64,000 nucleotides of DNA from Lama glama (taxonomy: Eukaryota): assembly GCA_028534125.1 (NCBI GenBank), contig CM052816.1, positions 85,872,001 to 85,936,000 on the forward strand. The letters run 5' to 3'. The notes under the pieces were generated by a model. That model had not been told where the DNA came from and did no database searches. It saw only the letters and a program-made list of their open reading frames with translations. Each line of letters starts with the position of its first letter. Within the stretch, counting starts at the first letter, position 1. Of the stretch, positions 25,135 through 38,263 are shown one piece after another. A program made the position numbers and the translations under genes.

Positions 25135-25386
25135 GATGTTCTGTTGGTCTTCGTGTCTGTTTTAATGCCACTGCCATGCTGTTTTGACGACTCAATCTTT
25201 GTAATACATTTGAAATCAGGAGGTGTGATGACTCCAGTATTGTTCTTCTTTCTCAGAGTTATTTTGCCTTTGTTATTTGTGATTTTGTACAAATTTTTGG
25301 GTAACTTCTATTTCTATGAAAAATGCTTTTGGAAATTTGACAGAGATTGAATCTATAGATGGCTTTGAATAATCGTATTCTTCCAA
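25135..25386 (-). mobile_element. LINE-1 ORF2 internal fragment
   Basis: The minus-strand translation LRKKNNTGVITPPDFK matches L1 ORF2 LSKKNKAGGITLPDFK. Confidence 0.9.
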
Positions 25387-25429
25387 GGACATTACAAAGT
25401 TAATCCCTTAACTCCAAATGATGAGTAGT

Positions 25430-25890
25430 TAATCACTTAAGGCAGTAGTATCAAAGCTACCCTCCCTTTTACAAGTGATTGTAGTATGAGTAAACATATG
25501 GAATATTTTGGGACCGAGATCACAAAGAGAGGCTTTCTGTAAGTGTTTAGAAATATTTTATTACCCTTAAAAGAGATAGAATCTCAATTCTTGTTTCAGT
25601 TCTGGGTGTTATTGTTTAAGGACATGGTCCTTGAAACTGCTACAGTTATTTCTTTTTTTACAGTAAAATAAGTCAATTCTAAATTCATCCTTACAGAGCT
25701 ATGGAAGGCATGGCAGAAAGAAGGAATAATGCTGGGCTCTGTTGACCTCACTGACTTACTGAATTAAGCAGTCCTGGAAGTGCCTTTTTCATGTGCTTTT
25801 GATAATTTGAGATAATAAATGTTCTAGATGTTAAAGTTATCTCTAGTGGGCTTTCTGTTATATGCTACCTAAAGAGCACTAGGTAATACA
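25430..25890 (+). mobile_element. Old MaLR LTR (MLT1J/K-like)
   Basis: 3' end tgagataataaatgttc...gggctttctgttatatgctacctaaagagcactaggtaataca. Confidence 0.65.
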
Positions 25891-27507
25891 AACAAAAAAC
25901 AAACAAACAAAAAAAAGGTGAGAGGGAATCGATGTTTAGGTTCTCATAGACCACACCCTATTCGGATTACTAAAGTTCTTCAATAAAAGTAAATACAAAA
26001 AATAAAGAAGACAGTGGGAACATTTATCAAAGGCAAGCTAAAGCACATGCAATAAAACTATCTGCAATAATGCACACTTCATGACAAACATGACAAACTA
26101 TCTGGGTGACTGGATTTGGGTAATTTTAATTTTTGGTCTCTGACAATCCCCTCCTTGAATTTTATTGAAAAAATACATGGCATTTTAAAATATCAAGACC
26201 TCATTCTTTTTTTTTTTAGTAATAGAAAGCATCAGTTGACCTATTATTAAGCTACATTGTAAAAGTTAATGATGGGAAATATGTTCAGTTAAAATGGCAA
26301 CTCACAGATGGTATAAATTCCTGCGTATATCTGGATCTCAAATCATCTTTGATTAGTCCTACCTTGTACTTTGAAAACTTTTTAAAAACTTGTCTGCCTT
26401 TCCCAAATCTTTCATTATGATGTCAGTTCATGATTGCTATTTTTTTAAGATGAAGAAACATTAACAGAATACAAATGTTTATTCAGCAAAATTATCTTGG
26501 CAAACTTCAATAACCTTTTGAAAACAGCACTATATTTTCCAAAGTATGCTTGTAATAGGTGCTGCCAATACTCCCTCAAAAGTAATCATTTTCTTTCCAA
26601 TTTTATCATTGTTTTTTTGTGAGCCTTCTGTTTAGTTATATTTTTAAACGTCTTTCAAAATATCATTCCTAAAAGCTTATATAAATTTAGCTTTTATTTA
26701 ATTAACCTTTCTTTAGTAAGAATTTTAATTCAAAGTTCCTTGTTTCTATATGTTCTGCATTCCCTTCATATGAAATGAAAAAGCTTTGTGGAAGTTTTCT
26801 TTTGAAAATAGTGAGCTGATTTTTAGCCGGTACAGACTCTGAAAATTTGGATGATGTCAGTTACAGTCAAGGTCACACCAAATATATATATTAATACAGG
26901 AATAGCCTCACTGGTGAGAACTAAATGCATATGATACAGAAAAGAAGGACGTAAGAACAGCTCTTCTCTGGGCCCATCAATGACTGGAAACAACATGTTC
27001 CCGTCTATAGATGAGCCCACACAGACTATGCAAATGTAGGCAGAGGGGCAGGACACCATAATCAGATGCAGTAGGTGGAAACAAATATGCTTGAAAAGTG
27101 TGAATTTATTTAAAACGACAGACAGCTCCAGAAGTTACACTTTTAAGAAAAATGCATATTTTAAAAAATCACTTCAAGACAAACCAATTACCATATGCTG
27201 TGAGGTTTGAATTCATCCTAAAATGAAAATGTGTTAAAAACTGTCAATTATTTTTTTTTAAACTGGTAAAGCTTTTGAGCACTTCCTTTTGGATTCTATC
27301 AATTAAGTGTTGGCTTTTTTTCCCCCCTTAATTTTGTGAGCTAAAATAACTTACAAGAAGTCAAATAATACAAGCAGCATGGGAATGAGAAATTAAACAT
27401 CACACACACGTTGTAGGTTCTAGTTCTGACAATGCTGTCAACATAGAGAGTCATTTTAAAAACACAACCCATGTTAATTTTTTTAATATGACTGTAATAT
27501 AAGATGA

Positions 27508-27971
27508 TGTATTAGGTTCTCACTGCTGCTATAACAAATTACCATAAACTTAATGGCTTAAAACAACATAAATTTAGTGTCTCTAAGTTCTATACGTCAG
27601 AAGTCCAAAATGGATCTTACTGGGCTAAAATCAAGCTGTCAGAAGGGCTGTGTTTAATCTGGAGGCCTCAGGGAAAATTTATTTTTCTTGCCTATTTTTC
27701 AGAGGTTGAGGTCTTCCTTGGCTTGTGACTTAACTCTCTTTTCCTATTGAAGTCATCACACTCCTTCTTAGCTCCAGTCTTCCTGCCCCTCTTGTAATTG
27801 GCCCTTGTAATGGCCCTTGTCATTAGACTGGGTTTACCTAGACAAACAAGGATAATCTCTGCATCTCATGCTTTTAAATTAAAGCACATCTGCAGTATCC
27901 CTTCTGCTATGTAAGGTAACATTTTTACAGTTTCTAGGGATAACAGCATGGACATTATTCTGTTTACCACA
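27508..27971 (-). mobile_element. MaLR solo LTR (MLT1C/D-like) with 5-bp TSD
   Basis: tgtattaggttctcactgctgctataacaaattaccataaacttaatggcttaaaacaaca ... gtaaggtaacatt...attattctgtttaccaca. Perfect TSD gatga at 27503-27507 and 27972-27976. Confidence 0.93.
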
Positions 27972-30900
27972 GATGATCTTTGTGACATGATGTCAAATGC
28001 TCAGAATTCCCTCCTTCTTTTCAATCCTAGAATATCTTCTTTACTAAGCTAAAAATATTTCATCATTCCATTAATTCTAGATTTTATGTTTATAGAAAAG
28101 TATACAAAATGGTAAATATTTTTTACAAAAATTATGATGCCAAAAATTCCAATTGAGTAAGTAAAATATACTTGGGAATGTTTAGAAATTTTGAGGCTGT
28201 ACATGGAATTTACATATTAAAAGAAAAATTTTTTCAGTAGAAAGTTTGTGAGTGTCTAAAAATATTGCTAATAGAATAAATTATTTCTAGCTTTAAAAAA
28301 TTGTTTTTTTAGGAAAGAGTTTGACAGTAATAATGGTGAAAAATTCACACACACATATTTATTTTATTATATGTCTTATTTTTTCCTTTATGTAAATTTA
28401 ACTTCTTCATACAAAACTTTAAAATTAAAGGGAAAAATTGCAGCATCCATCTAAAGACAATCACTTCCAGTATTGCCTCTGAATTCTTTCATGTCTGTGT
28501 AGCTTTGTTTTCTTTTTTACATGCACTTTTTCATTAACATTAGTCCAGTCATACTTTGTATATTTAATTTTAACCTGATAGTTTTCACATACTTTTATAG
28601 GGAAAAATTGTCATAATATTATGCACTTTAAAGTTAGGTAAGTCATGTTTAATTAACTTGCATTGTATTAATCATTTAAATTGTGTCTTATTTTCCATTA
28701 ATATATATGTGATGAACATAATTGTGCACTTTTTCTCAGGAGGACAATTTTATGAATGTAAAATTTTAAAGCATTTCTTAAAGCTGTTTTTCTTCCGGAG
28801 ATAATTAAAATTTTATTGCTGGAGGAATATGAGCCTGTTATTTTAATTCACCTGAACATATTACATATAAATTTCAGAGGATTAACTAACATAAAAAAAG
28901 CCATGTTAATGACAACTATTAATATTACATAAAGGCATATGTTTTAGGTATTTTTACAATCTCACTTTGTTTTTAAAATATGTTAAATATACTTGAAATT
29001 TTGATTACATATAAGAGAAATGGGAGGCACATACCATATGATATATCCAAAAAGAAATAGAATTTAACTTTGTAAATGTCTTCTTTTTAAAGTATTGAGC
29101 AGTAAGTCTCATTAATTTGGTTTCATACCCTAAATTGGTATTTTCTTGATTAAAAACAGAAATGTAAAGAACATTTCTTGGTATTTATTGATAACTTTTC
29201 ATCTCTGCTATGTATTTAAGTAGGAGCAATAAAATATCACATAGATGTCAATCATTCATATTTCACAGATTATTCCTAAAACACTTTTTTAAATATATGT
29301 ATTCTGAAAAGGAGAATGATAATTAGGAAGAAATATTGTTGTCATTGGGGGGGAAGCAATTAAAGGAAAACTTTGTCTTTTTGAGTATTTTTAAGGAGAA
29401 GTCATCAATATTTGATTTCCAAGTAAGAATAATTTCTGTTGTAGAAAAAAGAAGATGCTTTATTTAACTACTTTTGTATTAATCAGCTAGACTTTACATA
29501 ACTTTGTTTTACCATTTACTGGAATAAAAGTCTGATATGCTCCTTAAGTCCAAACCATAAAAACATGGAGTTACTTGGAAATGATTTCACTCAGCAACAC
29601 AGTAAACAGGGACAGCAGGGAGTTAAAACAATGCAGGAACATTTCAGCCTTCACACATTAATACTTACATTAATAGCAAGATTTTTACTCTCAGACAAGG
29701 ACAGGGATATTGACTTATAGAGAATGTGACAAAAAAATGGACTTTAGTGTGTCATTTATTTAAATGTCTATAGATCTCTAACTTATGTTTAAGTAATGTT
29801 ACCCTTTTTGTTAAAGAGCTGATTAACTTTAATTTTGGATTTGTAGTTCCCGCTGAAAGTCTTAAATGAAGGTTGCACAAAAGTAAACACACACACACAC
29901 AAATAAACCACTAAAGCATCAGCATGAACACACCATACAAAACATATATGGTTCTCTTAGGAATACAACTACCCTTCCAGAGAATCATCCATAAACTCAT
30001 AGTGATTCAACATGATCCTTATTCAAAATCCAGGTTTATTTGAACCAGAATTGGAAACTTTCTTGGACTACAGTTACAAAGATTTGCTAGGCAAACAGCT
30101 ATGAAAGAAGTAGGATTATGTGGAGTCTCTTGGATATTTAAGTTGAGAAAAACTTTACAAACCTCTGTCAATACTACAAACATCTTACTATTTCCCATTC
30201 CAACATTAAATTACTACTTCTCTGTATCCTAACTGTACAGATTTTACTGACCTCATTTACAGAGGTAAATGTTAGAAAATCCAGGGCAGTATAATTACAG
30301 AGATAAGCACATTGAGTAAGTCAGAAGCTGGTTGTCGAAAAGATGTGTATTTGCACAAAACTTTAGTGAATCAATGGAAAAAAGATTGAAGTTGCAAGTA
30401 AGAAAATATTAGAAAAAATAAAGAAAAGTCGTTTTAAACAACCTAACCTATGGTGAAACATTGGACAGGTTCTCTTCAATATTGTCATTGAGTCAAAGAT
30501 TATAATAACTGAAATTAATAATAGGAACCTGAAATGGACTGAAGTACAAGCATTAAAGTACTAGATTATATTCCCTTTTTATTACCAATAATTTTAGGGT
30601 GCAAAACCAGTGATACTGTATCTTATAAGATCCATTGAGAATTTATGGATAATGTCTTTGTTCACAGGTATTATTTTTTACTCACCCTGTCCATGAAAAT
30701 ATGTATTTTGGAACATGGTCATCACTCCATTAAACATTTACTTTTGTTCAGTAATTTAAATGGTGTTGATAAAGCTACCTGGATTTTTTAAAATTTAATT
30801 ATCATTTTTATCAGAATGATGGATACTTAATGACATTTTTTAACTTCTGCTTAGTAAGAGTGTTTGTCTGACGGTAAGAAAGACCAACTGATATTATTAA

Positions 30901-31899
30901 TATTGAAAACCTGAGTTTTTATTTTTTTCCCTCAGTGTGATAGATGAATGCTCTGAAATTGAGTGTCCTATGTGCTGCTAGATTTGATGTTACTCTGTAG
31001 GCAGTCAAACAGCAAAGCAACTTAATTCAGTTAATCTAAAAAGTAATATAAAATGATTTAATAACTATATTATGTATATTCTTATAATTTTATGCATGCT
31101 TCTTTAATTAGAAGCAACTGTGTAGAACAGACAATCCTGAAAAGCATGTACAGGCCAATATGATAAAATACAGGCTATCAATTAAATTATATTTATAACT
31201 GACTATACTTGATTGAATCATTAACTAAATTAAATTTTAATTTAGAAGAAAACATCATTAGCTACAAATTTGAAAGATGGCACATAATTTTTCAATTCAG
31301 GAGAAGTATAATGAACTAGTTTGTAAGTTCCATCTAAGCATAATTTGGGCATTTTTGGATGCATAGTAAAGAGTCAAGTGATATGAACAATGCATAGTAG
31401 ATTAGTGTTATATTGAAAACATAACACAAATCATAGCAATTAAAGCCACACTGAGATGTTCTCCTATGTGTTCCTTAATCCAGCTCAAGCCCTCAAACTA
31501 TACTATTAGAGAAAAAATTCATTAACTTTGGCATCCAGAGAAAGTGGTCTCACAAAATATATTTTTTAGTATAATATCTTTATGTTCATGGAATTCTTTC
31601 CTGTCTTTTGCTTTTGAACATTTTTAACATCTACCTCTATGGATAATGCAGATATATATGCTATGAAAATCCTTGTTTTACATTTTCCCTGGATATATTT
31701 TACAAATTAGATGTAAATGTACTACATAAAACCTCCACGTTTGATATTATATGAGTGAAGTATAATATAAAATGAGTTACCTAAAATTGTCAACTTTATG
31801 CCTACTCTTGCCTAGATTTCTCTAAGATGTAGAAGATAAGATGCTGCTGGTTAACAAGTCGATAACCACCCTATTCTTCCTTAATAACAGGAAAATAAT

Positions 31900-32340
31900 A
31901 TAAATTTATGAAATGTATGTGTGAACAAATGGAATAATTAATAATTGGTCCAAACCAATTATGACTTTATTTCTTATTCCTTTGTGCCAATGACTGGTCT
32001 AGCTATGAGTGATTTTTTTTTCCTATCCCCCTCCTCTTTGCTTTAGGGGCTCTCCATCCAGAATATAACTGGCTCTGTGATAACTATCTCAGAATCATAG
32101 AGAGAAAGCCTTAAAAATAAGGTTAATTTCCCAAGGATAACAAAGGAGAGAAAAAAGCCTGCATCCAAAAACAGCCACCACAGACCCTTTGATTACTAAC
32201 TACTCATTAGGGAATAACAAAATTCAAAATCCCCAACTGTTTTTTAAGCATACAGTCAATTTTCTTAGGTTTAAGTCATAGTTTCTGTTACTTAGTCATA
32301 GTTTCTGTTACTGTACCCCAAAGTATTCCTTTCTCATACA
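31900..32340 (+). mobile_element. Old MaLR LTR (MLT1K/L-like)
   Basis: aattggtccaaaccaatt...tgccaatgactggtctagctatgag ... gtttctgttactgtaccccaaagtattcctttctcataca. Confidence 0.5.
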
Positions 32341-32674
32341 ACTTTTATTTATTTGTCTTTATCTTTAATTTCTCTTGTAACACAATGTGCTTAGTTTTGA
32401 GTTGCATAAACCTAAAAAAAGGATGACCTTGTTAATATTTTCCTCAGTCATTCTTAATTAATGTCTATGTTTTATAAAAAGTAGAGGATAGTGATTTAGA
32501 AAGAATATAAAATAGTGCTCATGTTAGTATTTTATTATGTATCTTCCACCCCATTTCCTAATATACATTCATAAATGCTAGAAATATGTTTTTCAATTAA
32601 GACTATATATGTACACTTATATGTATGTGTGTATATAGTTGTATGCTAAGGCATGTAGTTTTGTTGCTAATGTT

Positions 32675-33370
32675 TAAAGTAATTGTATTATAAGAGCTGT
32701 TTTGGGTTCAAAACAAAATAGAGCACAAGGTCCAGAGATTTCCCATATAATCCCTATCATCACACACACATAGCCCCCTGAAATAATGACACCAAAGAGT
32801 TAAATTTATTACAGTTGATGAGCCTACATCAATGGTTATACTACAGGACGGCCACTCATACATTATGTTTCATTCTAATACATTGTACAATCTCTGGAAT
32901 TTTAAAAATGTAAGATGACATGTATACATCATTATGGTATCATTCATAATAGTTTGACTACCCTAAAAATCCTCTGTGCTCTGCCTATTCATTTCTCCTT
33001 CCCTTTCCTGGAACCACTGACAACCAATGTTTTTTTGTTTGTTTTTTTGTCTGTTTGTTTTATTGTCCCATAGTTTTTAATTTCCCAGAATGTCATAGAG
33101 TTGGAATCATTCTGTATATAGTCTTTTCGGATTGGCTTCTTTCACTCATTACTGTGCATTTAAGTTTTTTCTATTTCCTTTTATGACTTGATAACTCATT
33201 TCTCTTTAGCACTGAACAGTATTCCATGGTCCGGATGTACCACAGTTTATCCATTCAACTACTATTCAAAGGAAGTACTGACAGTTGCTTTCAAGTTTTG
33301 ACAATTATGAACAAAGTTGTAATAAACATTCTTGTACAGATTTTTGTGTAGATATAATTTTCAAGCGAGT
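32675..33370 (-). mobile_element. L1 3' UTR (L1MC/L1MD-like)
   Basis: agagctgttttgggttcaaaacaaaatagagcacaaggtccagagatttcccatata...ccctaaaaatcctctgtgctctgcctattc...ttcccagaatgtcatagagttggaatcat...ggatgtaccacagtttatccattca. Confidence 0.9.
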
Positions 33371-33829
33371 ATAACACATAGCTTATTTATTGGTTATGTA
33401 TTAACTCTATTCTAAATTTATCATTTGGGACAAAATTCGAAAGTAAATCAGATGCATGAAGAAGTTTATAAAGAATTGTCCATATGCTCAATTTTCTAAA
33501 AAAAAATAAGCCCCCCAAATCCTTGTGTGTTAAGAGTAAAACAATGCATTTTTGTTATAACAAAGAAGAACTGAAGCAGATGGAATGACACTTAAAAAAA
33601 AAAAGAAACTGCCTAAGAAGTGAATTTTCAGAATAATGACATTTTTAAAATTTCTCTTTGAATTCTTAACCCATTGGTGTGTGCTCAGGTTTACAAAAAA
33701 CAAACAGCAAAAAAAGCAAGTATGACTTTCATGTGCACTTTTATCAGAAAATCGGAACACTTTTCTAGTAAAGGAAGGGGAAATTGATTTTTTAAATGAT
33801 GATGATAATGATTATGATATTTTTATAGA

Positions 33830-33985
33830 TACTGAGATAGACTCAGAAAGATTATCTTGACCATTGGCAAGAAGTTTATAATGCTTTCTGCAGCTCAGTT
33901 TCTTTAAGAATAAAATGTGTTTAATAATGACTGTCACATAGGTTTGTTATAAGTAATAAATTATAAAAAATTAAATAGTACTTTA
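33830..33985 (+). mobile_element. MIR fragment
   Basis: ttgaccattggcaagaagtttataatgctttctgcagctcagtttctttaagaataaaatg...ataggtttgttataagtaataaa. Confidence 0.65.
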
Positions 33986-34019
33986 AAACTTTTTTGTTTT
34001 TTTTACTTCTTCTTGCAGG

Positions 34020-35050
34020 TGGCCTTCAATATATGCTTCACTGCACCAATTATGGTATGACTTAAGGCTATCTAAATAGCTAGCTAGCTTGCTAACTAGA
34101 TTACAGAGATTTAACCTTATGTGATTGCCAGAGCTGGCTAAGCATTCTGGTTAAGCAGTCTCTGGATGGCTCTTTTCTTTGTATCTGATGCTAGTATTGA
34201 AATCTAAGGAGAAGTGGAGAAGGGAAGACAGATGTTAAGATTAGGAAGAACAAAAACAAGCTGGAATCCACAGCACAAGCCAGAGCTCATGATGATGGAC
34301 TTAAAGCTACGTCAGTTTTATAGACTCTGATCTTGTTAGTCTAAGCATCCTGAGGGAAGCTGGACCCTTCTTAACAGAGCTAAACTCATTTACTTAACAT
34401 ATATATGGACAGCTTTCAAGGAGGAACCAGAGGAAAATGAAATGTTTGTGGAATCAGACCCTGACTCTTGCCAGTGATGTAAGCAATCATATCTTCACCA
34501 AAATGTGAAACAAGCTTAAAAATTAATGCTTCACCTCTACTGTCCAAATCAAGAATAAGAATCTCTCTTGTGTCCTATCCTAACCAGAAACACACAGGAA
34601 AGGAAATTCTCAGAAATGAACTCCAACATAGCCAAGTTGGCATACTGAAAGCATAGAGTGCCAACTTGGCATTTATACATATCTCCTTAAGACATATGTC
34701 ACTTCCAAATCAAGAAGATAGTAAATTGTGCTTCTACCTAATATCATGCAACTATTAATTAACTGAAAACATAGTAACTCTCCCTAGAAGGATCTATTAG
34801 GCCCCTGTTTATCTTTGGGTGATGTTCATTCTTTCCCTAGCTTATTTACACTCCCACTTGATACTATGTAATTTAAATGCTGATATAAAGTTAATTACAA
34901 TTAATACATCACATGTCAGATGAGAAAGGAGAAAGAAACAAATATTTAGTGATCATATGCACAAAAATATTCATATCAAACTAAGGATGAACTACTCATA
35001 ACTACTCATATTGCACTCATTTATACAACTGGTAAAATGAAGATAGCTCA
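34020..35050 (-). mobile_element. ERVL 3' LTR (MLT2F-like, ~34020-34655) plus adjoining 3' end of ERVL internal sequence (~34656-35050)
   Basis: cctaaccagaaacacacaggaaaggaaattctcagaaatgaactccaacatagccaagttggcatac is the reverse complement of an MLT2-type LTR start. It is followed by caacttggcatttatacatatctccttaa..., typical of the ERVL internal 3' end. Confidence 0.7.
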
Positions 35051-35052
35051 TA

Positions 35053-35073
35053 CACACACACACACACACACAT
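35053..35073. repeat. (CA)n microsatellite
   Basis: About 10 CA units read directly. Confidence 0.9.
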
Positions 35074-35124
35074 ATAGTGCAAAACCTGTTAAGGTGGTTT
35101 TTTAAGTTACTTACATGTAATGTT

Positions 35125-35268
35125 ATAGCTTTGCTGATGTGTAATTGATACACAAAAGTGCACATATTTAATGTCTACAATTTGATGACTTTCAACATAT
35201 GTATACACCCATGATAATATTACCACAGTCAAGGTAATAAACATATCTATCACCTCCAAAAGTTTCCA
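35125..35268 (-). mobile_element. L1 extreme 3' end fragment (L1MA/MB-like)
   Basis: gctttgctgatgtgtaattgatacacaaaagtgcacatattta...caaggtaataaacatatctatcacctccaaaagtttcc. Confidence 0.85.
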
Positions 35269-37359
35269 TTTGAACAGACAATATGATATATTAAAACTGC
35301 TGAAAAATTTTTAACCAGGCTGAGATATATGTTTGGTTGTTTTAATTTTCTGGTATCATAGGATATTTCTACTTTAATACTTTATTTTCCATTCTGAATA
35401 ATATTCCAAATAATATTGATTTATTTCTGAATAAGCAATTACTGAAAGTTGACTCTATCTAAATAGGAAATTTTCCCAAGATTATACCTTAGTATATGCT
35501 GGCAATATTTTTTTCTTTAAGTCTTTATTTCTTATTCAAAATCAATGAAAAAGAAATATTTATTCACAATATATTTACTTTATTGCAAATCAAATTGCAA
35601 TGTAACTATTCTAATAATTCCCGCAATCTTATATTTGATTAAGAAAATCAAATTATCTAAAATAATCCATGTCAGACAATAATTATTCAAGTTGCAAAAA
35701 TTGAGTAACAATTATAAATGATAACAATAACAACTAAGTATAGTTATGGCTCTTGCTATAGCCAGCAAACCTGGGGGAAAAAGAAAAAGGTAATTTTCTG
35801 TTTCCCCACATCAGTTACATATCATCTAGGAAAGGACTCTAGTTTGGTTCATGCTACATGCTCACTTGGGAACAGTTTTTGTGGTCAGAAGTACAATGAC
35901 CAAGTCTGAGTCTTGCACATTTGTGTGACCAGAATGACAGTATTTCTACTGGCTGAAGAAAATTTCTCAAAAATGCATTGGAGAATTTGGGCTGCTGATC
36001 ATACAAAACAATAACTGCACACTGAATGGGCATGTAGGGTAAAGAGCTGTTTTTATTTTTAATCTTACTATTTGTATTCTGGTTCATATTATTATTTCCC
36101 AAAAAATGTTCTTAATGTTCTAGATTCCTTTAGGTGAGATTTTTGTACGACTGATTAAGGAATGTTAAAAAAGGTAAGCCCAATAGATGAACAATGACAG
36201 AAATCATCCAAAATGACATTGACAGAACATATTTCTAGCAATTTTATTTTCTTGTAAATTGTTCTAGACCAGTTTTTTCCATGCCTATTTTTATATGTAC
36301 ACACCATTTTGCTGTTAGATATTAGAATACTTAAAGAGGGCTTTATTTTCATTATGACGAAAATTCAAGAAAGCTCACATGTTGCCCTTTCATGAAATTT
36401 GCTTCTCAAGGCAGTATTTTAAGGTTTGCATCTTTTTTTTTGGACATGCTTACAGCAATCATTTAGTTTGAATATCTATATCAAATAACAGAAGATACTA
36501 TAAAGCAGATTGTATTTTTCACACTTTTGGCTACATATATGTATGAATATCTTACTTCTTCCTAAAATAAATCCCATCCTTTGCCAGTAGAGTTAAAAAT
36601 TCTGTAGTGTATTACTGCTTCATGGCAATGAAGTTCATTTCAAGATCAACTACTGCATTTAAAACACTAGAAAAAGTCATGAGTAATTTAATTCAGCCTT
36701 AAATTTTGAACATATATCTATAAATGAACATGATTAAGAGCACATTGCACTTAAAATCTTACAACATATCTCCCATTATTTTAAAGGCATGAGAATGTGC
36801 TTAGATTACTATGTTTTATTGTTTTAAACATAAGCCTATTAAATTAGGGAAGATAAGCTAACCCTAGTTCATTTGCTGTTTAAAGTTCTTCCAAATTTTA
36901 CCACTATCACTAATTAATGTTGAAGCATCATTACAAACCTCCCTGCCACCTCTTATATGTCTCCCTAAGGGAGACACTGTAAGAAATGATCCATAAAAGC
37001 AGATTTAAAAGTGGTATCAACAATAGTGTATAAACCACTATAGTCATATTTGCACAGTGAAAGCATTGAAATAAACCAGATGGTCTCCTTTTCCTTCTTG
37101 AAGGTTAAATTGAGTGCATATTTACTTTCCCTATAACTGTAACCTTCATTGTTCAGGGCAACTTTTAACCAAAAGACATTGCACATAATTCACATGTAAT
37201 TTGTCAGGGCAATGCATAAACTTAAAAAGAAATAGCATAGTATTTAGACAATAAATAAGGGTAGGCATTATGTCTTTCTCAAAATTATAGATTATTTTTT
37301 AATTCAGTTGATATTAAAGTTGTGTATACCTTCTTTCCTAACATATAGCGAGAATTCCT

Positions 37360-37530
37360 TTCATGCAGAGAATCTTTTATCACTTGCTTCTGAGAGTTAT
37401 ATACCCTCTTGGAACCTCATTTGTAAAAACATATATGAGAATACTTAAGCACAGGGTTTCTTTGAGAATCAAATATGAAGGTATCCATTAACCAAGTGTA
37501 CTAGATCGTACAAAGTTTTAAAAGTAGGTT
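37360..37530 (+). mobile_element. MIR fragment
   Basis: gagttatataccctcttggaacctcatttgtaaaa...atacttaagcacagggtttctttgagaatcaaatatga. Confidence 0.5.
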
Positions 37531-38223
37531 AATTAAAGTAGGAAATTGAAAACTGAACATATCAACCCACAAATTGGACTGATTTTCAGCACTCCTTACT
37601 TGCCTTTGACTAAAGAATAAAGGATATGTTTGCTCCTGAATGCCAAATGTTAGAAATCTTTATTAAGCCTAAATTGTTCTATAGTATACTTCTCTTATCA
37701 ATATCAATATAAGTAAAATAACTGATAATTATTAAACCATCCCATGATGTATGCACAATGTAATGTGTCTGTTTTCTTGATTTGATAGATCAGGAAACAG
37801 AAATTGAGAAGGCTTGTAATTCTCTTTACCTGTAATCATATTTAAAGCATAATCTCAATTATTGGATTTCAAAAATTTTAATAAACATTAAACAAATGTG
37901 GCAATACAATTAGACAATGTATATGTAACCAAGATGTCTGAAACAGTGTAGGAAGCAAAAAAAGCAACCCACTTCATTCAGAGGAGACCCTTAGGTTCAC
38001 TCCCATCTGTAATGTTTAAGGTCCCTGCAGGTATGTGTAGAAGTCATACTGGAAGAGGGGGAACTGCTGGGAAAAGGATAGACGTTGTGAGTCCTACTCC
38101 TCGAAGTGGAGAATGTCTCAAAGCCTTGCTCTGGAAATTATGACAGGTGTGCTTGTGTGTGTGTGTGTCCTGGGGATGAGGTGTATTCTCATACACTGTG
38201 TTCACTAAAAGGAATCTCAACTC

Positions 38224-38263
38224 TGAGTAGTGAAAATAGCTCAGTTGGGATAGTGTTAGACTA
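38224..38263 (+). pseudogene. Tailless retropseudogene of the 5' half of tRNA-Phe(GAA), with 17-bp TSD
   Basis: gtgaaaatagctcagttgggatagtgttagactaaa (38230-38265) aligns to cytosolic tRNA-Phe GCCGAAATAGCTCAGTTGGGAGAGCGTTAGACTGAA and stops in the anticodon loop. No poly-A. Flanked by aaaaggaatctcaactc (38207-38223) and aaaaggaatcccagctc (38264-38280). Confidence 0.88.

Noticed and set aside
31941..31962. Perfect 8-bp inverted repeat ataattgg...ccaattat
   Set aside because: Too short and AT-rich to be unexpected in 64 kb, and it lies inside a decayed LTR.
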